This document shows, one piece after another, positions 32,481 to 45,700 of a stretch of DNA of 64,000 nt. This stretch comes from Macrostomum lignano (taxonomy: Eukaryota), in contig NIVC01002479.1 in NCBI GenBank assembly GCA_002269645.1, forward strand, positions 106,665-170,664, written 5' to 3'. The notes under the pieces are model-generated. The model made no database searches. It saw nothing but the letters and a program-made list of their open reading frames with translations, and had not been told where the DNA came from. How positions within the stretch are numbered: the stretch's first letter is position 1; the number at the start of each line of letters is the position of its first letter. A program made the translations under genes and the position numbers.

Positions 32481-32594
32481 TAACCTTGCAGACTCCTCCA
32501 GGATTTCGCTTGTGTAGCGGCGCGCTTTCTGACACTTGGGCCTTAAAATCGGTGTGACCAGAGTCCACCCGATTACCTTAGTCCGTAATCTTAT

Positions 32595-33030
32595 CCATCT
32601 AAATATACTAAATCTCTAAGGTTTGTATGCTTATATATACTAAAAATGGTTTGTCTCTAGGTAGGTATATGTGATCGAGTTTATACGGCTGCTACGCTCG
32701 TACCCTTGCTGAAATTAAAGCACGTGGAGGAGGGGTATGGCAATCGGTGACGCCCGCCGCCAGACCGCGCAGTATTTTAATATTATGAGTTTTATGTAAA
32801 ATACTGAATATCGCGAAGCAAAGAAAGCCTAAATTACTAAGTAAGGAAAAACAAATAAAAAATTTATTGCTTGCACAATTGTTAAATTCAAAATGGATGA
32901 ATGAATTAAAAATGTGAGTTAGTCGGCTAATTACCACTCGTATTTTTTCGTGAAAATTTGTGTATAACTAATTTTGTGCACCGTGATGGGACACCGAAAA
33001 ATACCGAAGGGTTTGGTATGACGTAGTACA
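32595..33030 (+). mobile_element. Possible non-autonomous Helitron-like element
   Basis: 5' atctaaatatactaaa..., 3' hairpin atacc-gaagggttt-ggtat followed by cgtagt; pattern resemblance only. Confidence 0.3.
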
Positions 33031-34494
33031 CGACCCCAGTTTGGCCCGCTTCGGGCCGCCCCCTTTTCCTTTTTTGTGGACCCCGGGCCGTTGCCCTCCT
33101 TTTGGGTTTTGTATTATTTCTGTGCTTATTTTATAGTTCCACGCGCGGGACCATGCAGCGCAGTGCTTAATCTCCCATTTTTCCATGCATGTGTTGCCTC
33201 AATGAATTCTACACGCGCGGAACCATATATAGCAATGCCGTATAAAAATGACCAATGTCGCTAGCTGCCACGTCCCTCTCTCTTCCGAAAGCTCCCTAGC
33301 TTGTTGGTTTGTTTTGTGCTATTTTCTTGCATTATTACCTCCTTTAAACCGTTTTCTGCTAACTTTTTTTAATTTACTAACTTAAGTTACATGCAGCCTC
33401 TATTCGCACCGCGGCTCTGCCAATTAAGTCACCGGCCTCTCTCGTGTCGGTTCCACTGAATGGTATTTATTAATTCACGTCATTATTAATAAAAACCGCG
33501 TAATAAACTATTTATTATTTTATCAATAAGCCCTAACTTTGAATATTTTAACCACGGGGCCGAGGCGTAAAACCACCCATTCTCAACTCGAAGAAAGCTG
33601 AGAATAACGGTCCGTAATACGTCAATTACGGTGGCATGGCAGCACTATACATTACTTTAGTAAGCATGCGAGAAAATCGAAGTACATCAAAATCAGTGTC
33701 CGAGGACCTAAACGACCACGCTAAATTTATGACCGCTCGACTGCGACTTGAACTACCCTCCCCCGGAATTGAGGACCCAGCAGACGGAGTAACCCGGCGG
33801 AAAAAAAGAGTTCTACTGCTCGAGATTTCCGGATTGAAACGTGCAAACTCAACGCACGCGGCAATTCAAAAGTCTAAACCACAAGTTCAAAACAAGGTCA
33901 TATATAGGCCTATATATATACATTTACGACATTGATTTTTTATTTTTCCCTGCTCAGAATCTTGTTATTCTGGCGTTAGTCGTTAATCGGCTGGAAAACC
34001 GTTTCAAAAAACTCTAGACGCTCTTTCAAATACCTTACTTTTACAAATATCGTACCTCGCATCGTAACTCGTGTAAAAATTTAACCTTTTGAACAAATAC
34101 TAAGTACATCGGATTATACTGGCAAAACAGGCTCCTTAAGCCTGAGCCAAATTTACTACTACTACTACTAAAACTTAAAAAACCCCGCCGCCACCTTCTA
34201 AAAACTCGAATAAAAAGTCTAAAGTCAGGTCCAATATGATACGCTCGCGAAAATGAAATGAAGCTAGTTAGTTTTCTATCTGTAGCTAGTTGGTTAGTTT
34301 TTCTGCAAACTAAACAAAAAGTATGTCATGATTATGTTATGTCACTTGTAACGTTGTAAGCCCCCCCCCAGGCCCAGGGCAGGGCCTATACTGCCTAGGC
34401 CTAATTTGTCTGCTAACAAATTGTCTACCTATATTGCTATAAACTTTTAATTTTTTTGATTCTCAGACCAAATTTAGACCAGTCCTAGCATATG

Positions 34495-34870
34495 TTTAAT
34501 CTTGGTTGAAATGAAAGATTGTTGATCAACTAAAACTTTGATTTATTGCTGCATCTTTTTATGCTTTAATTAATCATTTGCTCTGAAACTTTTATCACTT
34601 CTTAGGCCCTAACATGTCTTCTTAGCTTTGCAATGATATCTTAGACATATGGTTGTTAGATTGTCTTTTATATTTTCTTTTATATTTTATATATTAGCTT
34701 CTAATTCCAAAATGAATTTGTGCCTCTGAATTTGTCTTAACATAGCCCATAGCCGCATAGGCCCTTACTACAAATTCATGCCAATGTTTTTTCTTTGAGA
34801 CAAAAATTCTACTTATAGAATTTTAAAGCTGAATATAACATTGCCATCAGAGTAAAGCAGCTTTGTTAAA
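34495..34870. mobile_element. Decayed fragment of the family present at 56344-56956
   Basis: aaaactttgattt...aatcatttgctctgaaacttttatcacttctt...cttagctttgcaatga...ttttaaagctgaata shared with 56590-56860. Confidence 0.8.
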
Positions 34871-35565
34871 GAATGCATTTTAAAACTTAAATTCAATTTT
34901 TAAATTGTCTATTTGTAGGAATAAATCTCAATCAAGGAACCTAAAAATTTTAATATATAACTATATGAAAAATTCGAATGATTTGACTAAATACAACTAA
35001 CAACACATAGTTGAAAGTCATAGGAATGATAGGATAAAAGCCTAGGATAGAATTCTTGCACAAAAGTTGTTACGCGTTTGTGCGCGCTTGCGCACTAAAA
35101 AACAGCCTACTTGTGCGCTCTTAAAGAAGGTGTGTACGTGGTCTATCATATGCACTTGCGCAAGAAGCTGTTGCCGCAGAATCACAGACAGAATTTGACT
35201 TTTACATGCATTCAACATAGTTATGTGCCATGTGGTGTATGCGTGCTCAAGTTCTCTTACTTTTCATAGTATGGAAGGTTGTTTTTATGCCAGAAAATTT
35301 AAAACAAAGTATAATAGTTTTCAGCAAAAAAAGTTACTTTAAAGTTTTTTAAAAATCTTATCATTTTTAAAGAATATTTTTTCTAAAAAATAGTGTTCAA
35401 GCTACTTTACACTTAAATTACAACTTTTTAATTTATATCAGTGTAGAATTGAAAAACTAAAAATTTCATTTTTTAGCGCATTGGCCAAGATCTGCATTTT
35501 GACTTTTTTTACAGGTGGCGTACGCGCTTGCGCGCTGCTCCAAAAATGTGCATGCGTATTTTCCT

Positions 35566-36125
35566 GAATTCCAGTTGTTTCGCCCCCAAACTGTTTTGGC
35601 CATGTACATTTCGCCCATAGACCATTTTGCCCATAGTCCGTTTCGCCCATAAACCAGTTTGGCAATGGGCGTTTTGGCCAAAATGGTGATTATGTATTTT
35701 AGAGATACAGCCATACATGTATCTTTATTTTCTTTGTTCAATGCTAATTTATAGTTTTAATTTTTAATAAAATATGATCTGAATTAGTGAATTGTTGCCA
35801 TAACAATTGTGTTATTGCATTATTGCAATTTTGTTTGTTACAATTGTGAATTAAATTATGAGTTTTTTTAAAGTCTATTATTTAAACCAATTTGTACAAT
35901 CAGAGGGAGCCTCTTCACAGCAATCAATTCTCGAACCAGAATTGGTTTGGATTTCCAAGAAAAAAAAGCAGTATAACTATTTAACTTTGTTGAATGTTTG
36001 ATTGCCTTAACAGCCTCACTTTGCACAATTTTTCACTTTCTTCTTGGCTATTGCCATTCAATGATTGCCATTCAATGCAAAATGTCCATGGCCAAAATGG
36101 TTTATGGGTGAAATGACTGGTTACC
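35566..36125. mobile_element. MITE-like DNA element, 560 bp, 8-bp TSD
   Basis: Imperfect TIR gaattccagttgtttcgccc..ttttggccatg vs ggtaaccagtcatttcaccc..ttttggccatg; TSD attttcct at 35558-35565 and 36126-36133. Confidence 0.75.
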
Positions 36126-36393
36126 ATTTTCCTACCTCTGAGCAAGATTTCTATCCTGGATTAAAGCTAATTTTACTTATAAAGTTGAATTTTTCAACAC
36201 AAAATTGATTTACAAGCCACTTTTATATTGTTAGATAGTAAGTGTTGTAGAATGTAGGCTAGATTTGAGGGCATTATAGGCCAGATCTAGCCTATGGGCT
36301 AGAGTTTGTCAACCTTTGCCTTAAGGTTTAACTTTTAAGATATCTTATTTGTGACCAGGCCTAATAATATAATCATTATTAGTTAGCTTAATG

Positions 36394-36715
36394 CAGGGAT
36401 TAGTAAACTTTGGCCTACAAGCCAGATTTGACCTATGATAACCTTAAGTCTAATCTGTAGCACTCTTATTATTTAACAATGTAAATATGGCTTACAAATG
36501 AATTTTGTATTAAACATTCAACTTTGCAAGTAAAATTAGCTTTTACCCCATTATTCTTATGTCAGTGTTAATTATATGCTTCATGGTTGTTAATTATATT
36601 TGGTCAAATAATCTAAACTAGTCATTTATAGTAACAATTTTTTGTGTATTTGTTCTGGCTTCTTGCTTTAGCCAATCTTCTAATCTAGCCTGCACTGAAA
36701 AGTTTGCCAACCCCT
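36394..36715. mobile_element. hAT-type MITE, 322 bp
   Basis: TIR cagggattagtaaacttt / caggggttggcaaacttt; flanks gcttaatg / gcttagtg (7 of 8, TSD). Confidence 0.75.
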
Positions 36716-37161
36716 GGCTTAGTGACTTGAATTCAACTTATTACCCTATGCATGCTTATTAATTAGTGCACCCAAATAGCATTGAATGTACCCAGGAAAA
36801 TACCAAAGCAAAGTTTTGTCAAATGTATAGTACAACTGACAACTTGATCAGTGTAATAACTTGAGAGAGAGAAAGGGAGAGAGAGGAGAGAGAGGAAGGT
36901 ACCTCCAATCTCAGGTGCTGACATGGTGAAAAAAGGACTGGTAATTGAATAAATTTATTGTCAATATTTCAAATTTGCTAAATTCTTCATCAGGGTGTGT
37001 AGAGTAAAGTTTATTTGTGCAAGTTGTTATCAATATTTGAAGGTGATAGTGGCAGGGGACATCAATAAAAAGAGAGAGAGAAATAAAAGAGTACAAATGC
37101 ATAAAACTGTACACAAGGCGAGTACATGTACAATAAGATGAGTCAGAGACTAAAAAGAACA

Positions 37162-37163
<2 letters not shown>

Positions 37164-37207
<44 letters not shown>
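37164..37207. repeat. (GA)n microsatellite
   Basis: Directly visible. Confidence 0.95.
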
Positions 37208-37211
<4 letters not shown>

Positions 37212-37536
37212 GGAACCAGACAGACACAGTGATTCTATACATCAATTATCTCCTTTCCCAGTAAGACAAAGGACAATTGCGCAAGAGCATGTTGTTTTAA
37301 GTTGTACTTTTCCTCAGTAAATTTTGGATATTCCAATTGAAATGGTAGCTTGATCTTCAGAAAAAACTGACACAAAAATTGAAGCTTAAAACGGCTTTAT
37401 TGAGAAGTTTTATTTGACTTAAAGGCTTTAAAAATGAGTATACATTAATTACTGTTATATCAATAAAATGGCAAAGACATATGCTTGATAAAAATACGTC
37501 GAAACAACTCCCGCAGCACTCTTATTAAGCAAGACT

Positions 37537-38519
37537 ATGCACACCACTGATCAGCAGCAGACGCAGGAGCCGTCATCGCAGTCTTCTCTGACTGCTCATC
37601 AAAATCGCACAGAATCGCTAGCCTCAACTCTTGATGGCTGGCGCCGAGTTCTTGTGCGCCTCGACGCTGCTCTTCACTGGGAACAGCCAGCAACCCTTGG
37701 CGCCCTACTTGCTGGCATAACCTTGCTCTTTGTGCTCATTGCCTGGCTGCAGCCGCCGCTTATTACCATGGCTGCTCTGGCCTGTCTGCTGGCTGCTGCC
37801 TGCGACTATCTGGTGCCATGCGCCTCACAGCTGCTGCTGCCCAATGACTGGAGCCAGGTCAGGGGTTTGGGTCACGACTGTAGCGAGGTCAGGGGTTTGG
37901 GTCACGACTGGAGCCGGGTCAGGGGTTTAGGTCACGACTGGGTCCAGTTCAGGGGGTTTGGGTCACGACTGGGTCCAGGTCAGGGGGTTTGAGTCACGAC
38001 TGGGTCCAGGTCAGGGGGTTTGAGTCAAAGAATCAATATAAATGAGCCAACACTTCAAGAAATGTGTACCTGAGATGAGTTTCACCGCCAATAAATTATT
38101 TGTGTCGAAGTTCACTGACTGGCATTTCCGCTTATGGACGGTATCGCGTACGATTAGTTTATGTACAATACTATTATCGCCTATATATAAATAAATTATT
38201 TGTACTTTTCTTTCCCTAGGCTGACGAGCAGCGCTACACCGATTTGTGCTCCCGCCTAGTCCGTTACTGGGACGTTGTGGCGCGCGGCGCCGAAACTCTA
38301 GTTAAATGGCGCCGCGATCGACCCCAGGTGTACCTGGCGGTCACAGTGCTCACCCTACTAGGCCTGATGCTAATTGGCGAACGGATTAACAATCTATTCC
38401 TGGCCTACTTAGCTGTTGTAGCTCTGCTATTGGCCCCCGGCCTTCGCCGATCCGGGCTGCCTCAGCGGGCCATGGCCCAGCTCATTGGCAAGCTGCGAAG
38501 CGGCCGCAAAACCGAATGA
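37537..38519 (+). CDS. ARL6IP1: ADP-ribosylation factor-like 6-interacting protein 1 (ER-shaping hairpin protein), 206 aa
   Basis: Exons 37537-37857 and 38220-38519 (phase 0); LDGWRRVL...LHWE, DYLVP, W..ADEQRY..LC, RP.VY, INNLFLAY..LLLAPGL match the family. Confidence 0.92.
37845..38028. repeat. ~30-bp minisatellite (gactggRKccaggtcaggggtttgggtcac)n, about 6 copies, spanning the ARL6IP1 donor
   Basis: First unit contains the exon end and CAG|GTCAGG donor. Confidence 0.92.
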
Positions 38520-38714
38520 TCATCACCGTTTTTTTTTAGAGAATCATCCAAGCTGAGTAGTGATGCAAACTGATTGAGTATCCCGTTTTTTACAATACTT
38601 TAAAAAATTGAACCTCAATAACCTACTGCAGTCGGTATTGTTTTCTATTACAATGCTTAATCGCCGCTGTATATTGTCTAATAATATAATAATATACTAC
38701 TAATAATAATATTC

Positions 38715-38925
38715 GCCGGTTAATCGCCCCCCCCCCGAAAAAGCAGATTAATCGCGCCTAAGAATCCCTCATAAAATGGCAGATAAATCGCCCCTAAAAA
38801 TCGCCCATAAAATCGCTGAATAATCGCCCCTAAAAATCCCTTATAAAATGGCAGATTAATCGCTCCTGAAAATCGGCGATTAATCGCCCTATGAATCGCC
38901 TTTAAAATCGCCGTTTAAATTAGCA
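38715..38925. repeat. Irregular (ttaatcgccc...)n tandem repeat
   Basis: About 10 aatcgcc motifs at 15-25-bp spacing. Confidence 0.75.
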
Positions 38926-39309
38926 ATCGGCAGTCTTGCTCACAAAATTTTTTTGTATCCTACTTGCAGTAGGCAAGTCTCAATTTCACAAGTAGACGTT
39001 GGTTCCTTAAATTATCTATTAAACTTACACTTATATTATTACAAGCTGTTGAAACCCGCGGATTTTGAACCCGGGGAATTCCAATACCCGGAACTACTTT
39101 TGCATGTATTCTGAAATCTAAGGCCATACACAAACAAAAACTTGTTAATAGTTCGTAGGATAGAGGTAGACATAAAATGGTAAAATTAGGGTTTGAGACA
39201 TTGTTGGCTGGGGTACTGCGCAGAATGTTAGGCAATGTCTGTCTGACTCTAAAACATATATAGCTAAACTCTGGTCTCTCCCTGACTCTACCTATGTCCC
39301 TTGGATCCT

Positions 39310-39638
39310 TTAAAATTTCTATCGTCTCTTTGTTTCCTCTCATCTCTCTCGTCCCTTGTCTCTCCTCTCTCCTCTCTCCCCTCTTCTCTCGTATCTTCCC
39401 TCATCTCTCTTCTCTTTCATCTCTCCCCCTCTCCTCTCTCCTCTCACCCCCTCTTCTCTCTTATCTTCCTTCTCCTTTCTATTCTTTTCTCTCTTCTCTT
39501 AACTCTCTCCTCTACTCTCTTATCTCTCCCCTCTTCTCTCGTCTCTTCCCTCACCTCTTTTCTCTCTCGTCTTTGCTCTCTTATCTTTCCTTTCTCTTCT
39601 TTTATCTTTTCTCTCTTATCTCTTCTCATTTCTCTCTG

Positions 39639-39675
<37 letters not shown>

Positions 39676-39688
39676 TCTTTCTCTCTTA

Positions 39689-39776
<88 letters not shown>

Positions 39777-40490
39777 TATCTCTCCTCTCTTTACTCTCTA
39801 CCCTCTCCATTCTCCCCTTTCCTCTCCTCTCTCCTCACTCACTTCTCTACCTTTGTCTCTCCTCTCTCCTCTCGTCTCTGTAACCTCTCCTCTGTTCTCT
39901 CTACTCTCCCATCTTTTATCTGCTCACTCTCGTCTCTGCTCTCTCATCCCCCCTCTTTAATCTGGCATCTGTCTTATATGTTCTCTCACCTCTCTCCTCT
40001 GTACTCTTTTCTTTCCCCTCTTTTGACTCCTCACTTTCCTTTCTCCTTTCTTCTTTTCTCTTCTCTTACCTTTTCTATACTCTGTCTCCCTCTCTTCTCT
40101 CACTCCACTCTCCTCTCTCCGTTATCTCTCATCTCTCATTTCTCATCTCTCCTTCCACCTCTCTCATCTCTACAACCTTAGAGATGTAGAGATGTATCTT
40201 TATTTCTTCTCTCTTCCCTTTACTCTCTCATCCCTTCTTTCACCTGTTTCCTCTCTGCTCTCCTCTCTGCTGTCTCCTCTCTCCTCTCATCTGCAGCTCT
40301 CTGCTCTCTCATCTCTACTCTCTCCTCTCGCTTTTCCTCTCTCCCCTCTTCTCCCCCTCTCTCTCATCGTCCTCACCCCCTCATCTCTCCTAATATCTTT
40401 TATCTTTTCTTTTATCCCCTCTGTCGCCTCTCCTCTCTTCGAATCGTCTATTCCTTCTTTCCACTTTCATCTGCCCCTCAGCTATGAGCT
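39310..40490. repeat. CT-rich low-complexity region with (CT)n cores
   Basis: Directly visible. Confidence 0.9.
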
Positions 40491-41149
40491 GGATTCTTTA
40501 TCTGGCCTTTGAGGTAAAAGTCTGTCCATCCCTGCTTGGAAAGCCAGTTTGTGGGACGTAGTACTTTCATGGTTGTTCTCATGCTTTGATCACGTCATCT
40601 TTCTTGCCAATTTGCAGCCCTGAAAGGAATTTGTGTATCTTCAGCTCCACTGCAGTCTGCATCAGTCTAACAACCAAGGAAATACGCATTTCTTAGGAGG
40701 CCATTTAATATTTACACAGTACCTTTAAAAGAAACCTAAAATTTCCATGATGTGCCTAATTTAGTAGGGTTGTATTGCATTGCATCGCATCGCCTTTTCA
40801 TATATCTTTCGCTTTTACAAACCATGCTGGATTCCCTCGATTTGCCAATTGCCAATTGCCATCCACTGTTAAACTGCTGCAGAGTTTGCCAATACAGAGG
40901 GGAGGACAGTGGTTAGAATTTCTCACTAAACTGTTATGGCTAAACGTAGCCTCTCCACTCTCAGGGTGCAGAGAAGGCTATAAATAAAGTTATTCCAAAA
41001 CACTGTACATTTGCTATGTACATTCAGTCCTATCGCCTGACCCTTCGTCTGGCTCTGGGGCAATGAGTGAGTGAGTGGCACAAACAACAGAAAAAGCAGA
41101 CAAACTTCACATACTTACAGTTTCTGTCCTGATTGAGATACAGAGTTGA

Positions 41150-41652
41150 GACTTTATATTTAGACAGAGAATGAGTCAAAGAAGAATTGTGTTAAATTTG
41201 AAGTTAATCGCTTTACGTGGAGCAAACTTATGGCAGCTGAAAGTTAGTCAATTTTGAAACCCTTTTACACATCGGCCCAGATCGGGAAAGAGAAGCAGGC
41301 GGGCGGAGGTTGGGGTGGTTGCTACGCTGAAAAAAACAGCCTAACTTTAAAAGTGCACAGCACCGCTCAGGATTAACTTTGAGACTCGAAATTTTACATG
41401 ATTGTGCCAAAATAGTTGAAGATTGTCTGTGTCAAATTTGAAGAGAATCGGTAAAAGTGATGCGGCGCTATGGAGGATTTAGTGAAAAAATCGCGCATTT
41501 TGAGCAGTTTTTTGTACTTTTAGGTAGGAAGACTTGAGTCTAGGAAATTAAAAGGTAGCCTAAGACATTCTCCGTAGTGAGTTTAGGGTGGGTGTAAAGT
41601 TTGGTGTCATTTGGTTGAGCGGTTTGGGAGTCCATAGCGAAGTAATTTGTCC

Positions 41653-41689
<37 letters not shown>

Positions 41690-41712
41690 GTTTTGATTTT
41701 TATAGGTAGAGA
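41150..41712 (-). mobile_element. Possible non-autonomous Helitron/HINE-like element with (CTGT)n
   Basis: Minus strand atctctacctataaaaatcaaaactc(tgtc)n...ccaaaccgctcaaccaaatgacaccaaacttt; internal aaatttgaag..aatcg motifs; left boundary uncertain. Confidence 0.35.
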
Positions 41713-42194
41713 TAAATAAACAAACCAGTAGCTTGTGCTTAATTTTTTCTTACAACTCGTGAAGCTTCTTAGCAGCTGTATTATTTTATATTTAAAGCTT
41801 TCCTTTATCTTCTGATAGCGCTAGCTCCATATATTATGAATCCTGGTAGTTTACATACGTATCTATTATTAATGCATCTAAGGTGAAAATGATCTAAAAT
41901 TGGTGTGCTTGAGAAATTCAACTAAATTATACCGGTATGTTAGTGTGGACTTATTATTCATTGACTCTAAGTTTCCTGTGCTGCTTCAGTGCCCTCCTGC
42001 TTTCGTTAATATTTAGTTTGTATATATTAGCTCGTACTAATATCAATAATAACTATAAAACACATGCACTGTTTGATATCTGTACTTAATGGTTTTTCAT
42101 TCATTTCGGAACTAAAAACTTTTCTGTTGATTTAATTTTTTTGGTGCAATTGAAGTTTCGATGCAACCTAATTTCAGCGATTATATTAATATAT

Positions 42195-42575
42195 CCCCTG
42201 CCCTTCAGTGTTCCCCTGCTACCCTATCCCCTGCCCTTCAGTGTTCCCCTGCTACTCTATCCCCTGACCTTCAATGTACCAGTCTTATCCTATCACATGA
42301 CCATCAATGTATTAGTCTCATCTTATCCCGTGACCTTTAATGCACCACTATTGCCCTATCCTATTGCCTTCAATGTACCACTTACCCTATCCCATGACCT
42401 TCAATGTACCACTTACCCTATCCCATGACCTTCAATGTACCACTTACCCTATCCCATGACCTTCAATGTACCACTTACCCCTTATCCCATGACCTTGAAT
42501 GTACCACTTACCCTATCCCATGACCTTCAATATACCACTATTACCATATCCCATAACCTTCAATGTAGCAGTACT
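42195..42575. repeat. ~31-bp minisatellite (ccctatcccatgaccttcaatgtaccactta)n
   Basis: Directly visible, degenerate edges. Confidence 0.88.
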
Positions 42576-42723
42576 CTCCTTTATGAACTTCAGTAAGCGC
42601 GACCAGTAAAATATTCATCGCTTTTATTGCAACTTCCACGTCCATAGCAACTCTTTAGTAATTTTTAACATGCAGCTTATTTTTGCGGTATTAACAATGC
42701 GATTTCAGCGATAAAAACCTCTC

Positions 42724-45700
42724 ATGCTTACTATAAGTAGCAGACTGCGAAGCGCGGCATTAGCTACGATTGTTCGTAGCCAGCCGCTTCGGCTGCTGTC
42801 CACTGCAGCGCCTGCGGTAGACAATATTTTGACACTTGAAGAGCGTCAAACTTCGGACACTGAGCAATCGAGTTCATCATACACACTGACTATGAGCAGC
42901 CCGCCTGCCAACACTTTCACTGAGGCTTTTCTACTCCAGTTTATTGATGCCATGCACCAGCTTAGAGAGAGGCGCCACGTTCGATCTCTGGTCATTAAAT
43001 CTGTAAGTAATGGGCTACTAACTAGGGTAGCCCGTAGCTTTGCCACCTGTCCTTTGTTGGGTAGCCCCTAGCCTCACCTGTCCTTTGTTGGGTAGCCCCT
43101 AGCCTCACCTGTCCTCTGTTAGGTATCCCCTAGCCTCACCTGTCCTTTGTTGGGTAGCCCCTAGCCTCACCTGTCCTCTGTTAGGTATCCCCTAGCCTCA
43201 CCTGTCCTTTGTTGGGTAGCCCCTAGCCTCACCTGTCCTTTGTTGGGTAGCCCCTAGCCTCACCTGTCCTCTGTTAGGTATCCCCTAGCCTCACCTGTCC
43301 TTTGTTGGGTAGCCCCTAGCCTCACCTGTCCTCTGTCAGGTATCCCCTAGCCTCACCTGTCCTCTGTTAGTATCCCCTAGCCTCACCTGCCCTTTTTTGT
43401 AGCCCCTAGCCTCACCTGTCCTCTGTCAGGTATCCCCTAGCCTCACCTGTCCTTTTTTGTAGCCCCTAGCCTTATCTGTCCTTTGTTGGGTAGCCCCTAA
43501 GCCCATAGCTTTAAAGCTCCTGTCTACATGTATGCTACTCAATAGAGTACGCAACGCCATTGCGTTATAAACCAGCCGCAACCGCATTTTCTAACGCCAG
43601 TCGCTGCCAACAATATTCTCGTCGGGTTTCGATCTCAACACTCTGTGCCGTCCGGCATCTCGCAATCAGCTGAAAGACTTTCTCAAGCTTTTCCGGGAGG
43701 CGTTTTACAGTCTGTACACCGCGCCATTCTATACTGTGGCCCAGATTGCTGTAAGTTTTTAGCCTACTGCTTTTGACTGACAGCCAGATCCTATTCTAGA
43801 TCTACTAGATATTCTAGATTCACTAGGTATTCTAGATCTACAAGATCGCAATAGATCTACAAGATCGCAATAGATCTACAAGATCGCAATAGATCTACAA
43901 GATTGCAATAGATCTACAAGATCGCAATAGATCTACAAGATTGCAATGGATCTACAAGATTGCAATGGATCTACAAGATTGCAATAGATCTACAAGATCG
44001 CAATAGATCTACAAGATCGCAATCAGTGCTGCCACTACCTGCGTTTTTAACGCAGCTGCGTTTTTTTAGCTCTGGCTCTGCGTTATGCGATAATTTTTTC
44101 ACCAGGCGTAATATCTGCGTTTTTTCTTATTATATACACCGTACCCATCCTTTTTCATGATTATAAATAAACAAGCCCAGCGAAGAAACGGCCAAGTCGA
44201 TGACAGCCAGCTGGGAGTCGGCGAGGAGACTCGAATTCTACTCCGCGACCCAGGTAGACGAGAATCTCAAAACGCACTATTCTTTCTTAAGGTTCGTGCA
44301 TTCTATCAAGCCTTTGCTGCCTACCTAGCAACTGAACTTCCATTCCTACGGCGCCTGTAAGTTCTCAATCCAGGCAAACTGCTTGACGAAGAGAGTCCCG
44401 ACCTTGCTGTTGCGCTGGCCAAGCAGCTGCCAACAGTAATACGCCAGAAGGAACTTGACTCTCTTCGTCAAGAAGTTCAGCAGCTGCATCTTCAAGGGCA
44501 TCTTGTCGAAAGCTACCCAGCACCAGCACTTTTCTGGCGTCAGGTCGCCAATAAGAAGAACATCTTCGACGAGCCAGCGTTCCCCTTGATGACTAAGTTA
44601 GCGCAAGCTGTCATGACCTTCTTCCACGCCAATGCCGATCCAGAACGTGCTATAGGGAAGTCAAGTGACATCGATGATAATTCAAAGCGAAACGCAATGG
44701 CTGACACCACTCGTCTAGCTCATCTTCGAGTTCGTAGCTTCCTTTGCTCAACTCAGCAACTGTGCATCTATGCGAACATCAGTCGGAACCTGATTGATCT
44801 CGGGATCGAAGCACGAGCCAAGTATTTCGCCCACCAGGCAGAAAAGAAAAAGCGTAAGGCAACAGAAAAGGCTCAGGCGGCTGCTGCAGTGCAAGCGGCC
44901 AAGGATGCTGAGGCAGCAAATCGCGAAATGCAGCGCCTAGAGCAAGCAACGAAGATTCGCCAGCGAGAGAAGGCTGCTCATGACCTCGAGCAGGAAGCCA
45001 ATCGAAAGGTCACCGAAGCAGAGTTGGCGCTGCAGAAGGTCGCTGAGCACCTAAAGCAAGCGCAGCGTGAGCGGGAGGCTGCCCAGAAAGCCGAAATGGC
45101 AGTGGAAAAAAACCGCCAAATGCTAGACCAACGTGATTTTGATGGAGGCAGAGCTACGAAGCGCAAGTCCTCTAGTCAAGCCAATGTGGACCAAGAATCC
45201 ATCGCCGAGAAGCTTCCACCAGCAAGAAGCCCTGTGACCATGACAATGTAGTACAATAAATTGATCTGACTGTCTATGACGGATAAACTTTCACATTGTT
45301 CTTTAAGTACAAGCAACTTTTTAGCAATCAATTTTTTATTAAAGTCAATTCATTACAGCTATTTTTTACGGTTCATTATTCTGCTGCACTGTGTTGTGTG
45401 TTTTGTTTGTTGTGTTGCCTATCTGGAATCAAGGAAAAAAATTAAATATAAAATTCGAATTTAGCGTTAAAAATTCTACGTTCAAACATCTTTTAGTGAC
45501 GGGAGGTAAAAACAATCATAATTTTAGAAAGCGTTTTTTCCCTTGTGCGTTAATTTTTTCACAATATAGAGTTGCAGCACTGATCGCAATAGATCTACAA
45601 GATCGCAATAGATCTACATGATCGCAATAGATCTACAAGATCGCAATAGATCTACAAGATCGCAATAGATCTACATGATCGCAATAGATCTACATGATCG

